A stretch of 64,000 nucleotides of DNA from Lentimonas sp. (GTDB taxonomy: Bacteria; Verrucomicrobiota; Verrucomicrobiia; Opitutales; Coraliomargaritaceae): assembly GCA_047627755.1 (NCBI GenBank), contig JBLHTV010000001.1, forward strand, positions 241 to 64,240, given 5' to 3'. The position numbers and the translations under genes were made by a program. Shown here in pieces: positions 40,707 to 50,401 of the stretch (position 1 is the stretch's first letter; each line of letters begins with the position of its first letter). Under the pieces are notes generated by a model that worked only from the letters and a program-made list of their open reading frames with translations, had not been told where the DNA came from and did no database searches.

Positions 40707-43700
40707 TTATATTTCGGAGGGTTCGAGAAATCGGCATTGAACAATTTCAAACTTCCGTCCGGCCAAAACATTGTTAGCGCCAAGATCGACAGTTGGTGTT
40801 TCAGGCGTATCGGAAGCATCCACATATTCAGGCAGACGTTGCACGGTCGCTTCGATGTAGCTCTCTGAGCGTATCTCACCCGTGATTGGATCTTGATACG
40901 ATCCATAGCTACGGATCGTGAAAGTATCTGAGCGACTCGACAATGCGGGCGCGAGCGACTGAAGGAGATCGCCTTGCAAGACCCAACTTGGAACACTCGC
41001 AGCAGTTGAAGCCGCAGCTCCAGAAACCGTTGAACCATCACTCTCGTAGATCGCCCCTGTGCCAAGGTGCTGCTGTAGGCTAGCATCTCCGTCGCTCGAG
41101 CTATAGATATAGTGGCGATCCGCATTGGCTGCATCCACCTCATACTCTTCGATCTGGGCGATATCGACATTCACCACTCGATCAAGCGCGGCCTGAAGTG
41201 GACCGGATAAGCCTTGGTGAGCCAGTGGACCCGCATCATCGACCAACTTACGATTCACAAAATCAGACATGCTCAAAAATGGGCCACGTGCTTTGACTTC
41301 ATCCACGATCGCTTCAGCTAATTGATACAGCTGAGAAGCTGCAGGATCGGTATCATCTGACTGTAAGTGACGCCAGCCCTTCCATGTGTCCTGTAAATCT
41401 TCGTCATTTAGTGCCACGGACTCAAGCGAAGTAGGATCTTGATACAACGACCTAGGAAACACGCCTCGCGTATCCGCTGCAGCAACATCTCCATATTCAA
41501 CGCCCCTAAACGAGGATAACAAAGCATACCATGCCTCAACCGAAGTTGAATTCACATTGAATCCGCCATCAACATACAGTGCGTGGGCAGTTGCTGTCGC
41601 AGTTTCAGGCAACGCACTCAAGTCTGTTGAGCCATCGATTCGTTGCAGACGCCCATTTTGAAGACTCTCAGGATTTGTCGCGGAGCTCGGAGTATATCCT
41701 GAAAAGAAATAGCGATCAAAAAGTATATCGTTCAAAACATAGGACCAGTCGACCAGTTGCCGTCCATCGTCCGTCCGTGAAGAGATCGCTTCACGATTCA
41801 CAAAGGGACTCGCATAACTCGAACCAATGGTGAATGTCGGCGTGTAGACCAACGAAGAGTCGTCAACTGTGTCGAGTGGATCATCACCGTCATCCCACTC
41901 AGTATAACCACTCGCATCAAAGTGTTGCAACTGCCCCACTGAGCTCAGGTAACTTTCACCGGTCGTAGCATTCTGTCGTGGTAAATCAAAAAGCATCACT
42001 TGACGCGGCAAACCAGTCGGTCGATCGCCCTGATACGAAACACCTGCTCCCCATGGGAATCCATACTCCCCGAGTGCTAGGTTATCAGATGCATCGTCAG
42101 TCAATCCTGCGTAGACCCAAGCGCCATGATTTTGAGTCGTTAAGCGATACATGCCCTTATTCCAACTCTCTTGGAAAGGCACATCAGTCGCAAGGCTCGC
42201 GAAGCGCTTACCACGCAGGTTGGTATCAGTCGCCCAGCCGTCATTCGTCGTAAACGTATCTGCATTTGCGGTTGTGTTTGCCGCGCTGAGTAAATTCAGA
42301 AAGATCGAAGACGCCGAAGGGTTAACATTCATCTTCTGCCATTGTGAAGTCGGCGGATTTGTCGATGCATTCACGATTAATGAATAATCCTGCGAACCAT
42401 TTTGATAGAGACCATTGAAGCGACTCGTAGAACGTGGCAAAAAGGCACGATTCACAGGCCAATACCCCAATGCAGTGACTGACTTTGCCGTCCCGCACCA
42501 ACTCGGCCCGATATACTGAATAAGTTCCTCATCCGCAGGCACAGAATGACTCGTCAACTCTGGGATGCCGTTGACATAGGTTCTTACATATAGATTTGCT
42601 CCCTGAGAAAACTGCCATGCGAGTTTTGCAATACGTTGCTTTGTTCTCCCTCCCCAATAAGGGTTCAGGCTATCGTCTGTAATCTCCAAGACGTCTCCGG
42701 TTCGTGTGATGCCCGGATTAATACGGATAGTCGAATTCCCTAGGTCGAAAGGCTCCGCATTCGACGAGTCCAAGGGAGTGCCACGTGCATTTTCAACAAA
42801 AATGTATTGTTTCTCCGGGTTGCTATTCGCGCTACCTACGTTAAAGAACGCGTAATAGTCCTCCCCCCCTGCGAGTCCATACTTAAAACTATAGTCATAC
42901 GCGGGGTGGTCATTGTAATCCAGTCCGTAGAGCTTCGACTGCCCTGGCGCTAGATTGACCTCAGGCACAGTAAAGACCAAATTTCCCAAAAAATCGCGCA
43001 TGTCAGCTTCGAAGGCTATAATCTGCCCTGCGTTGGGCCCTTCATCAACACTCAGCTCGATCTTCATCTCATCATCCACATCAAAGCGAATGCGGTAATT
43101 CTCTGCACGTAGTGTCACATTGTAAGGATTTGATAATACAAACCAAGGACGAATCTGATGATGGATCTGGTAATTGCGCTCCGAAGGTAGCTGCGTCGAT
43201 ACGGGGGACGCATCGAAGCCTCCCTGATCCTTTAGGGTCACTCCAAAGTTTAACTTCAGCATACTGAGTAACGGCGCCACACCATATTGATCTTCAGTAT
43301 GTCCACGTGCCTGAACGGCCCCTGTCGACGCCTCCTGAGCAAGCCCGTTAAGCGATGCCAACTGCTCCCATGTGACACGTTCAAATTGAGGGTCCAAATC
43401 ACTCTCATAATCTGTGCCTACTATGATTGCACCAGTGGGTGAACCGGTGCCACCATCCAAAATGTATGAGAGATCTTGCTTCAAGCCGCCGTGTTTCACG
43501 TCTGTCAACAGCGAGCGACTGGTCGCACTGATATCGTGAAAATTATCAGTGAGGACTGTCTCGAAACTTGAGTTGAGCACTGAAAATTGTTCACGACTTG
43601 TAATACGATCGAGTCCAGAGCGGAAGTCAGGATCATCGTATGTATAATCAGCCCCCATTGCAGCGAGCGATTCAATGCCCCAACGACCAGCCACACGTAA

Positions 43701-44330
43701 GCGGTCCAACTGCTCCACACTGTTATAGAGCGTGTCAGGTTCGGCCATATCGAAGCGCGCCTTCACACCCTCATCCCCCACCCACCATGCACATTCACCC
43801 GAAGTGCTACGATGCCCCTGGATCTGCAATGGCTCTGCGCGCACCTCAGGAACCAGTCCGGAATCACGCTCCGACACCAAGAGCGGCCACGTGGCATCCG
43901 GAGTCTGAGCAGGATCAAAGTTATCTGGATCGATCGAAGAGACGAGCCAATCAATGGGGGCAGTAGCAGTAGGATCGGTCGCATCCCATACGACAGTGTG
44001 ATGTTCCAGAGAGCTGTCGCTATTTGCAACCAGTTCACCAGTCGATGTGACACGTTGGTCTGGCCCTGCTGCGACCTGCAAACGCCCGACTGCCAGTTGT
44101 AGTCCTAGCAGTGCATTTTGTCTGGCAAGCAATTGCTCCTTACTTTGCTCCGCGACACTGGTTTCCACACGCACCAAGGTCGTGATGCTAAGCAACAGCA
44201 ACAACACAAAGGCCATCAGGCTCAGCGCAATGACCAAGGCAAACCCTTGCTTCGACACATGGGTATGGGATGGAATGAATCGATGTGGAGACAGCCATCG
44301 CTCCCGTGACGTGTAAGAAATAGCATTCAT
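40707..44330 (-). CDS. Giant PilX-like protein (Verru_Chthon cassette protein A-like)
   Basis: G|FALVIALSLMAFVLLLLL (no Glu5), ARQNAL, GPDQRVT, WWVGDEGVKA, GGLKQDL, FNVNSTS, GPFLSMSDFVNR and RSDTFTIRSYG motifs. Confidence 0.85.
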   Translation of the reverse strand: MNAISYTSRERWLSPHRFIPSHTHVSKQGFALVIALSLMAFVLLLLLSITTLVRVETSVAEQSKEQLLARQNALLGLQLAVGRLQVAAGPDQRVTSTGELVANSDSSLEHHTVVWDATDPTATAPIDWLVSSIDPDNFDPAQTPDATWPLLVSERDSGLVPEVRAEPLQIQGHRSTSGECAWWVGDEGVKARFDMAEPDTLYNSVEQLDRLRVAGRWGIESLAAMGADYTYDDPDFRSGLDRITSREQFSVLNSSFETVLTDNFHDISATSRSLLTDVKHGGLKQDLSYILDGGTGSPTGAIIVGTDYESDLDPQFERVTWEQLASLNGLAQEASTGAVQARGHTEDQYGVAPLLSMLKLNFGVTLKDQGGFDASPVSTQLPSERNYQIHHQIRPWFVLSNPYNVTLRAENYRIRFDVDDEMKIELSVDEGPNAGQIIAFEADMRDFLGNLVFTVPEVNLAPGQSKLYGLDYNDHPAYDYSFKYGLAGGEDYYAFFNVGSANSNPEKQYIFVENARGTPLDSSNAEPFDLGNSTIRINPGITRTGDVLEITDDSLNPYWGGRTKQRIAKLAWQFSQGANLYVRTYVNGIPELTSHSVPADEELIQYIGPSWCGTAKSVTALGYWPVNRAFLPRSTSRFNGLYQNGSQDYSLIVNASTNPPTSQWQKMNVNPSASSIFLNLLSAANTTANADTFTTNDGWATDTNLRGKRFASLATDVPFQESWNKGMYRLTTQNHGAWVYAGLTDDASDNLALGEYGFPWGAGVSYQGDRPTGLPRQVMLFDLPRQNATTGESYLSSVGQLQHFDASGYTEWDDGDDPLDTVDDSSLVYTPTFTIGSSYASPFVNREAISSRTDDGRQLVDWSYVLNDILFDRYFFSGYTPSSATNPESLQNGRLQRIDGSTDLSALPETATATAHALYVDGGFNVNSTSVEAWYALLSSFRGVEYGDVAAADTRGVFPRSLYQDPTSLESVALNDEDLQDTWKGWRHLQSDDTDPAASQLYQLAEAIVDEVKARGPFLSMSDFVNRKLVDDAGPLAHQGLSGPLQAALDRVVNVDIAQIEEYEVDAANADRHYIYSSSDGDASLQQHLGTGAIYESDGSTVSGAAASTAASVPSWVLQGDLLQSLAPALSSRSDTFTIRSYGSYQDPITGEIRSESYIEATVQRLPEYVDASDTPETPTVDLGANNVLAGRKFEIVQCRFLEPSEI

Positions 44331-44550
44331 AGTGGTAGAGTAGTATTGGGAGGGAGTGGGGAAGGTCGCGCTCCCCCAATGCTCTATGCTACTATGGCTG
44401 AGGCATTCTAATACGAGAAGCGCGACCTATCAGCACACGTTAAACGCATACTTTTGAATAGTTGAGGGATCTGTTCGTAGTATAGCACTCTAGCCTCCGC
44501 CTTGCATTATACGTAGCGGTAAAAATGTTACTCCAACCGTATTTTTTAAA

Positions 44551-46608
44551 TCAAACCGCGTCGACACATACATAACTCGCATACGGCTCTAGTTCCATAC
44601 AGCCTTCGAGCACCTCTCCACTTGCCCATTCACGCAAGCGGAGTTGTTTCAAATCAAAAGTTTGTGACGTGCGTGTATAATTAAATAAAAAGGTCAGTGT
44701 GCCCTGACTTGATTGACGCTGACGTAGCACAACACCTTCCGGCAATCCTACCTGCGTAGACAATGCATGCGACTCTAACAAGGATGCGTAAAATTCACTT
44801 AAACTAGCATCGGCCAATTTCGCACCCAAATAATATGCGCTGCCTTCACCGCTGCGATTCGATGTAATGACAGGTGATCCTTTATAAAACTCAGACCCCG
44901 TCCGTGCAAGCACATCAGCCGACTCCACATGTAAGACTTCTATCACATCTGATGCCACGCCTGGATACGGTTTGCCCGAATTATGCACGAGCAGAACCTC
45001 AGTCTCGTCGTGTAAATAGTCCACTTCCTCGTTCCAGATGCCAAAGGTCTCCCGCAAGCCCGCGCCGGGGAAGCCGCCAAGGTGGCAGCGATTCATCTCG
45101 TCCACATAGCCGGTCAAATAACTACCAACCAGGATTCCACCCTGATCAACAAAAGCCTGCAGGCGCGCACCGAGTGCATCGGACACCAGATACAGCGCGG
45201 GTATCACAAGCACCTTATAGTCGGCAAACTCAGACTGAGCCGATAGCACATCCACCGATTGCCCAGCCACCGTCAACGCACGGTAATGCGCTTGGCAGGC
45301 TTCGGTATAAATATCTGACGGATACGGATGCACCTCTTTTGCTTTCTTCGGCCCACAGGATGCATTGAGCGCCCAACGACTCTCCCAATCATACACGATT
45401 GCAATGCATGCTTGTGGTATATCCTGCTGACACAGTGATTCGAGCGACGATAGCTCATAACCGACCGCAGCGCACTCTTGATACACGCGCCCCTGATCAC
45501 TACCTTCATGGTCGACCACTGCACCATGATATTTTTCAAAACCACCGCGCCCCTTGCGCCACTGGAAATAATGAATGGTATCGGCACCATTGGCGACCGC
45601 CTGTAGCACCTCTTGCCGATGCACGCCCGGACGCTTCAATTTATTGATCTGCCCCCAGTTCACCGAACTCGGCGAGCACTCCAATAACATCCACGGCTTA
45701 CCACCGCTCATGCCGCGCATCATACTATGAATGAAATCAGAAGCAATAGATTGCTTCCACGTGTGCTCCCGATCATCTGGCATCGGATATAAATCATTCG
45801 AGATCACATCCAGATGCTCCGACCATTGCCAATAATTCGTGCCCTCGTGCGTGCCCATATAGTTAGTGGTGCATGGCACATTCGGCGTTAACTCACGCAG
45901 CGGCTTCATCTCGTTTAGAATGAAAGAGACATGCTGGTCATTGGTAAATCGCAACCAGTCCAACCCCAGTCCATCGATACTCTCATCAAAAGTCGGCACT
46001 TGGCTCCAGTCTGTAAAGGTATGATTCCAGAAGCTCGCCCACCAAGCCTCGTTCAGTGCTGTAAGTGTTTGGTATTTTTCTTTCAACCACGCCTGAAAGC
46101 CCGCTCGGCAAGTAGCACAATGACACTCGCCACTAAATTCGTTCCCCACATGCCACAGCGCCAGTGCAGGATGATCTTTATAGCGCTCAGCCAAGGCTCG
46201 GTTCATTTGCGCGGCCTTCGCACGATACACCGGCGAACTCATGCAGTGATTATGGCGGCCACCGGATCGATCACGCATGCCATCCTGATTCACACGACGC
46301 ACCTCCGGATATTTCTCCGACAGCCACATCGGCTTACTACCACTCGGCGTGGCCAAGAACACGAACATACCTTCCTCGGCAAACCGATCCATCACCCGAT
46401 CTAACCATTCAAAAGTATAGCGCCCCTCTTCCGGTTCCAGTGCTGTCCATCCAAAGATACCCACAGAGGCAGAGGTCACGCCCGCCTGTTTCATCAGCTC
46501 GATATCACGCTCTAGGACCTCCGGTGAATGCTGCCATTGGTCCGGATTATAATCTGCCCCATAAAAGAGTTTCGTTTGCTTGGGAATGCCTACCTTGGGT
46601 GTGATCAT
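44551..46608 (-). CDS. GH42 beta-galactosidase, cytoplasmic
   Basis: YGADYNPDQW, WHVGNE, Cys cluster CHCATC, MLLECSP, YFQWR and EKYHG motifs. No signal peptide. Confidence 0.95.
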   Translation of the reverse strand: MITPKVGIPKQTKLFYGADYNPDQWQHSPEVLERDIELMKQAGVTSASVGIFGWTALEPEEGRYTFEWLDRVMDRFAEEGMFVFLATPSGSKPMWLSEKYPEVRRVNQDGMRDRSGGRHNHCMSSPVYRAKAAQMNRALAERYKDHPALALWHVGNEFSGECHCATCRAGFQAWLKEKYQTLTALNEAWWASFWNHTFTDWSQVPTFDESIDGLGLDWLRFTNDQHVSFILNEMKPLRELTPNVPCTTNYMGTHEGTNYWQWSEHLDVISNDLYPMPDDREHTWKQSIASDFIHSMMRGMSGGKPWMLLECSPSSVNWGQINKLKRPGVHRQEVLQAVANGADTIHYFQWRKGRGGFEKYHGAVVDHEGSDQGRVYQECAAVGYELSSLESLCQQDIPQACIAIVYDWESRWALNASCGPKKAKEVHPYPSDIYTEACQAHYRALTVAGQSVDVLSAQSEFADYKVLVIPALYLVSDALGARLQAFVDQGGILVGSYLTGYVDEMNRCHLGGFPGAGLRETFGIWNEEVDYLHDETEVLLVHNSGKPYPGVASDVIEVLHVESADVLARTGSEFYKGSPVITSNRSGEGSAYYLGAKLADASLSEFYASLLESHALSTQVGLPEGVVLRQRQSSQGTLTFLFNYTRTSQTFDLKQLRLREWASGEVLEGCMELEPYASYVCVDAV

Positions 46609-46708
46609 GATATTTATTATAAAAGGAAAATAGGACAGTCACTGAAGTGATCAACTGTGGACACCATCGAGTCCAAAGGCAGCCCATCAATACCTGCTGC
46701 TAAATGAT

Positions 46709-46778
46709 ACTTAACCTGATCGATAACACCCATGACAAGGTTATCCCATATATCTACGATCCTACAAACACTTTAGCC
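46709..46778 (-). promoter_or_regulatory. Conserved promoter/activator site, copy 2
   Basis: 49/70 ungapped identity to 35503-35572. Located ~100 bp upstream of the GH42 start. Confidence 0.75.
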
Positions 46779-46884
46779 ATGCCCAATAACACAGATATCA
46801 TCTCTTACACTCTACGAGAAACTCCCCTAATCCCGATGCAATCCAAGTATACGATACACAGATAAGGACTCACACCACTGAGAC

Positions 46885-46920
46885 AAAAAAAGGCCGCCTG
46901 CCACATGTGCAGACGACCTT
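46885..46920 (-). terminator. Rho-independent terminator of the PEP-CTERM gene
   Basis: Minus strand AAGGTCGTCTGC-7nt-GCAGGCGGCCTT then a T run, 25 nt after the stop codon. Confidence 0.85.
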
Positions 46921-46945
46921 ACCCTATATAACCCTGAAATATAAA

Positions 46946-47656
46946 TTATTTGCGACGGCGAACCATGACCGCAGTCAGTGCGAGTGCGCCTGCAATCAAA
47001 GCATAAGTGCCTGGCTCAGGAATCGCAATTATTTGAACACCTCCTAATACTGCTGTTCCAGCTGAGGTGTTACTAAATACAACATCGAAACTGTCTGCCG
47101 TTAGACCACTGAAAAGAATAGAATCACCACCGACAGAGCCCGTCCCAGCCCATGATAGTGTAGTCCCTCCAATTGTCACATCTCCAGCTGTGGCGGTAGC
47201 GTTGAACCCCACGTAGACAATCACATCATAAGTCGATGCAAAAGAATTAACATCACTAAATGCTACCGCTGGGTTTCTAGTAGTACCGGCAAAGGCGGCA
47301 ATGCCCGCCTTATACGCTGTATTGTTCAAGCCAGCATCAAATAAGGTCTGCACATTATTGAAGACAGAAGTTGCATCAACCGAGGATGTAACCCCATTAC
47401 TATCCGTCAGGTTCAACTGGTCACCAGCGGAAACAATTATGTTGTTCCAATTAGACACGTCAGTAGTAGTGCCCAAACCGTCATAATCAACGAGGCCAAA
47501 TGTTTCTGCGCCAGTAAGGTTCTCAGAAAAACGGCTTCCGTTGGCTCCATTAATGTCAAGTCTTACAAAGTTGGCGCTAATTATGTCTTGCGCACTCGCA
47601 GAAGCAACCAGCCCAAGGGCCAGCAGTGTAGTAGTTAGGAGTATTTTTTTATTCAT
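46946..47656 (-). CDS. PEP-CTERM surface protein (exosortase substrate)
   Basis: Signal peptide; C-terminal IPEPGTYALIAGALALTAVMVRRRK. Confidence 0.95.
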   Translation of the reverse strand: MNKKILLTTTLLALGLVASASAQDIISANFVRLDINGANGSRFSENLTGAETFGLVDYDGLGTTTDVSNWNNIIVSAGDQLNLTDSNGVTSSVDATSVFNNVQTLFDAGLNNTAYKAGIAAFAGTTRNPAVAFSDVNSFASTYDVIVYVGFNATATAGDVTIGGTTLSWAGTGSVGGDSILFSGLTADSFDVVFSNTSAGTAVLGGVQIIAIPEPGTYALIAGALALTAVMVRRRK

Positions 47657-48436
47657 TATTTTATGTGGGATTAATTTAGTTTAGGATGAATAGCGCAAAA
47701 CACAAAGGGTCCTGCGTTCAGGCTTCAAAAACTACCTAATAATCAAGCGATTCAAGCGAATTCACCCAAATAGCCGAAGGGCGAACGTTTTCGACAAACA
47801 CACGAACATTCCATAAATTTAGAGGACTTTAATTGAAAATCTAAAGATACCATGAATGACTGAATTCATCGATTTAAAGGACCGTAAAATGATCCAACAA
47901 ACAGCAGTCATGGTATTCAAAGAACCCTGACGAATGCCTAGGCAACCAACATGATTAAATGAATCCACTTAGCCCGTGAAGTAACGCTAAAAAAACTAAG
48001 ACCGACCTGCCAATCATGCCGCGCTGGTTTGTATCGACGCCAAATGGCTTCAAGAATTCATTTAACCAAAGATGCGCCTCGATTAAACTGAGAGACTCCA
48101 TCCCCAGTGACGATTCACGAAAAATCCTCTGCTAGACTAAACACTCCATCGGAGCACTCGTTTCTCTTGAAATACACGTAAAGAGAAAGACCCGTAGTAT
48201 TCTGCATGTGGACCCCCCAGAACAACCCCCAATGCAATGCATAATAGGATGCGGATCAGGGAAACAGAAAAATGAAAATCAAATCCAACGTGAATTGAAT
48301 CCTGAGAGCACAGAGAGGCAAAAGAGGAGCAATCAATATTTACCAAAACTCAGCACCCTCAACCGAAGCAGGCGGTTCATCCACTTCAGAGTCATTATTC
48401 TAAAGAAATTGAAGATCACAGTTACACGTCGTGCTA

Positions 48437-48463
48437 AATAAGCGTTCAATAAGCGTTAATAAG
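48437..48463 (+). repeat. Short tandem direct repeat, possible regulator site
   Basis: AATAAGCGTT-C-AATAAGCGTT-AATAAG, 10-11 bp period. Confidence 0.55.
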
Positions 48464-48732
48464 TGGCTCTATGCACCCACTCCTCGGTAAATGACGAAGA
48501 GGCCCTTTTTTTATCATGCAATGGCATTGGCAGAAAACCAGTCACGACGACGCAGGACACATCATCCACTCAAACAGGCCCGCCACATACAAGATGTTCG
48601 CGAAGCCGTATAAGTTCACAGCCAAACCTGCATTTTACAGATTATCGTTGGTCAGCCATCGCCTTTTCGTTTGTTTCGATGTATCTCCTACAAGTCGCCC
48701 CGCGACCATACTTCAACATAGACGGACCACTT

Positions 48733-50226
48733 ATGAAACTGCCCAACTTCATTATTATTTATGCCGACGACCTCGGCTTCGGTGATCTCACTTGCTACGG
48801 CGCATCCGAATTGCCGACACCGCACCTCGACCAAATGGCCGACGAAGGCATGCGCTATACCAATAGTTATGCGACCGCAGCCACTTGCACTCCGTCGCGC
48901 TACAGCCTCCTCACCGGTGCCTATCCATGGCGCAATAAAGATGCACAAATTCTGCCGGGCGATGCGCCGATGATTATCGGCAAGGACGAACGCACCCTCC
49001 CCGGCACACTGCGCGCAGCAGGCTATAAGACGGCTGTCATCGGCAAATGGCACATCGGCCTCGGAGATGGCACCGTTGACTGGAACGGCAAGATCAGCCC
49101 TTGCCCGCTCGACGTAGGCTTTGATCAGTCCTATGTCATGGCAGCGACCAACGACCGCGTGCCATGCGTGTTTGTCGATGGGCGTGTCGTTGACAACCTC
49201 GACCCGAACGATCCGATCTCTGTCGTCTACGGCGGCGAAAACCCTTTCCCCGAAGTGCCGACCGGCAAAGACAACCCCGAACTGCTGACCATGAAGCACA
49301 GCGACCAGCAGCACTACGATACGATCGTCAACGGTGTCGGGCGTATCGGTTTTTGTCGTGGCGGAAAGTCCGCAACATGGGACGACGAAACCATGACGGA
49401 AGTATTCCTCGAACGCGCAAAAAACTTCGTCACCGAGAACCAGGAGCAACCCTTTTTTCTTTACTACGCACTACACCAGCCACACGTGCCGCGTATCCCG
49501 AGCCCACGCTTCGCAGGGGCCACCGGTAAAGGGCCACGCGGCGATGTGATTGCCGAACTCGATTGGTGCGTGGGCGAAATACTGGCACACTTAAAAGCAC
49601 AAGGACTGGACGAAGACACCATCGTGGTCTTCTCCAGCGACAACGGCCCTGTGCTCGACGACGGCTACGATGATGACGCTCGCGAAAAATGCGGCGCGCA
49701 CAAACCCGCCGGCCCCTTACGCGGCGGCAAATACAGTATGTTCGACGGCGGCTCACGCGTGCCGATGATTGTGCGCGCTCCGGGGCGCGTCGAAGCCGGC
49801 AGCGAGACCCCTGCCCTCTTTAGCCATGCCGACTTCCTTGCAAGTTTTGCGCAAATGGGAGGCGCCAACATCCCGCCCGAAGAAGCTGCCGACAGCCAAG
49901 ACATGACCGGCGTGTTACTCGGCACCGATACTGTCGGCCGTGAGAACCTGGTCACCGAAGGCATCGGCTCGAAAACCGTAGTTCGCCAAGGCAAGTGGGT
50001 TTACATTCCACCACACGAAGGCCCCACACTCTTTGGCGACAAAGGCATCGAGACCGGTAACGACTTGAACCCTCAGCTTTACGACATGAGTGCCGACATC
50101 GGTCAACGCGACAACATCGCCCAAGCCAACCAAGGCAAAGTCACCGAACTGAATGCACTACTCGAAAGCATCCACGGTGACACACCACCGTCAGGCCACA
50201 GCCCGTCGGATGTGTGCTCACTATAG
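48733..50226 (+). CDS. S1 sulfatase (S1_15-like), no signal peptide
   Basis: Likely start MKLPNFIIIYADDLG at 48733; CTPSR, GKWH, NDRVPC and HVPR motifs. Confidence 0.92.
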   Translation: MKLPNFIIIYADDLGFGDLTCYGASELPTPHLDQMADEGMRYTNSYATAATCTPSRYSLLTGAYPWRNKDAQILPGDAPMIIGKDERTLPGTLRAAGYKTAVIGKWHIGLGDGTVDWNGKISPCPLDVGFDQSYVMAATNDRVPCVFVDGRVVDNLDPNDPISVVYGGENPFPEVPTGKDNPELLTMKHSDQQHYDTIVNGVGRIGFCRGGKSATWDDETMTEVFLERAKNFVTENQEQPFFLYYALHQPHVPRIPSPRFAGATGKGPRGDVIAELDWCVGEILAHLKAQGLDEDTIVVFSSDNGPVLDDGYDDDAREKCGAHKPAGPLRGGKYSMFDGGSRVPMIVRAPGRVEAGSETPALFSHADFLASFAQMGGANIPPEEAADSQDMTGVLLGTDTVGRENLVTEGIGSKTVVRQGKWVYIPPHEGPTLFGDKGIETGNDLNPQLYDMSADIGQRDNIAQANQGKVTELNALLESIHGDTPPSGHSPSDVCSL

Positions 50227-50401
50227 AGCCTGGTATCTTGTGGAATTGCACTTGAACGCAGGGACTTAGCGCAGGCAGAGTGCCACCTCCCACCGATTAA
50301 CGGAGGAACGCCGCAAGGCCTCGGCATTCAATCGCAGCGGCATCGACCACCACGGCGCAAAAAAGAGATCTACACCTCCGCCCCACCCATTGATTTCGCC
50401 C

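Noticed and set aside
48463-48732. 90-aa N-terminal extension of the sulfatase in the ORF track
   Set aside because: It begins at a GTG inside a repeat and is not signal-like. The domain starts cleanly at ATG 48733.
50230-50400. Possible REP or structured element between two sulfatases
   Set aside because: Only short, weak stems, with no clear match to the 1776-1854 element.
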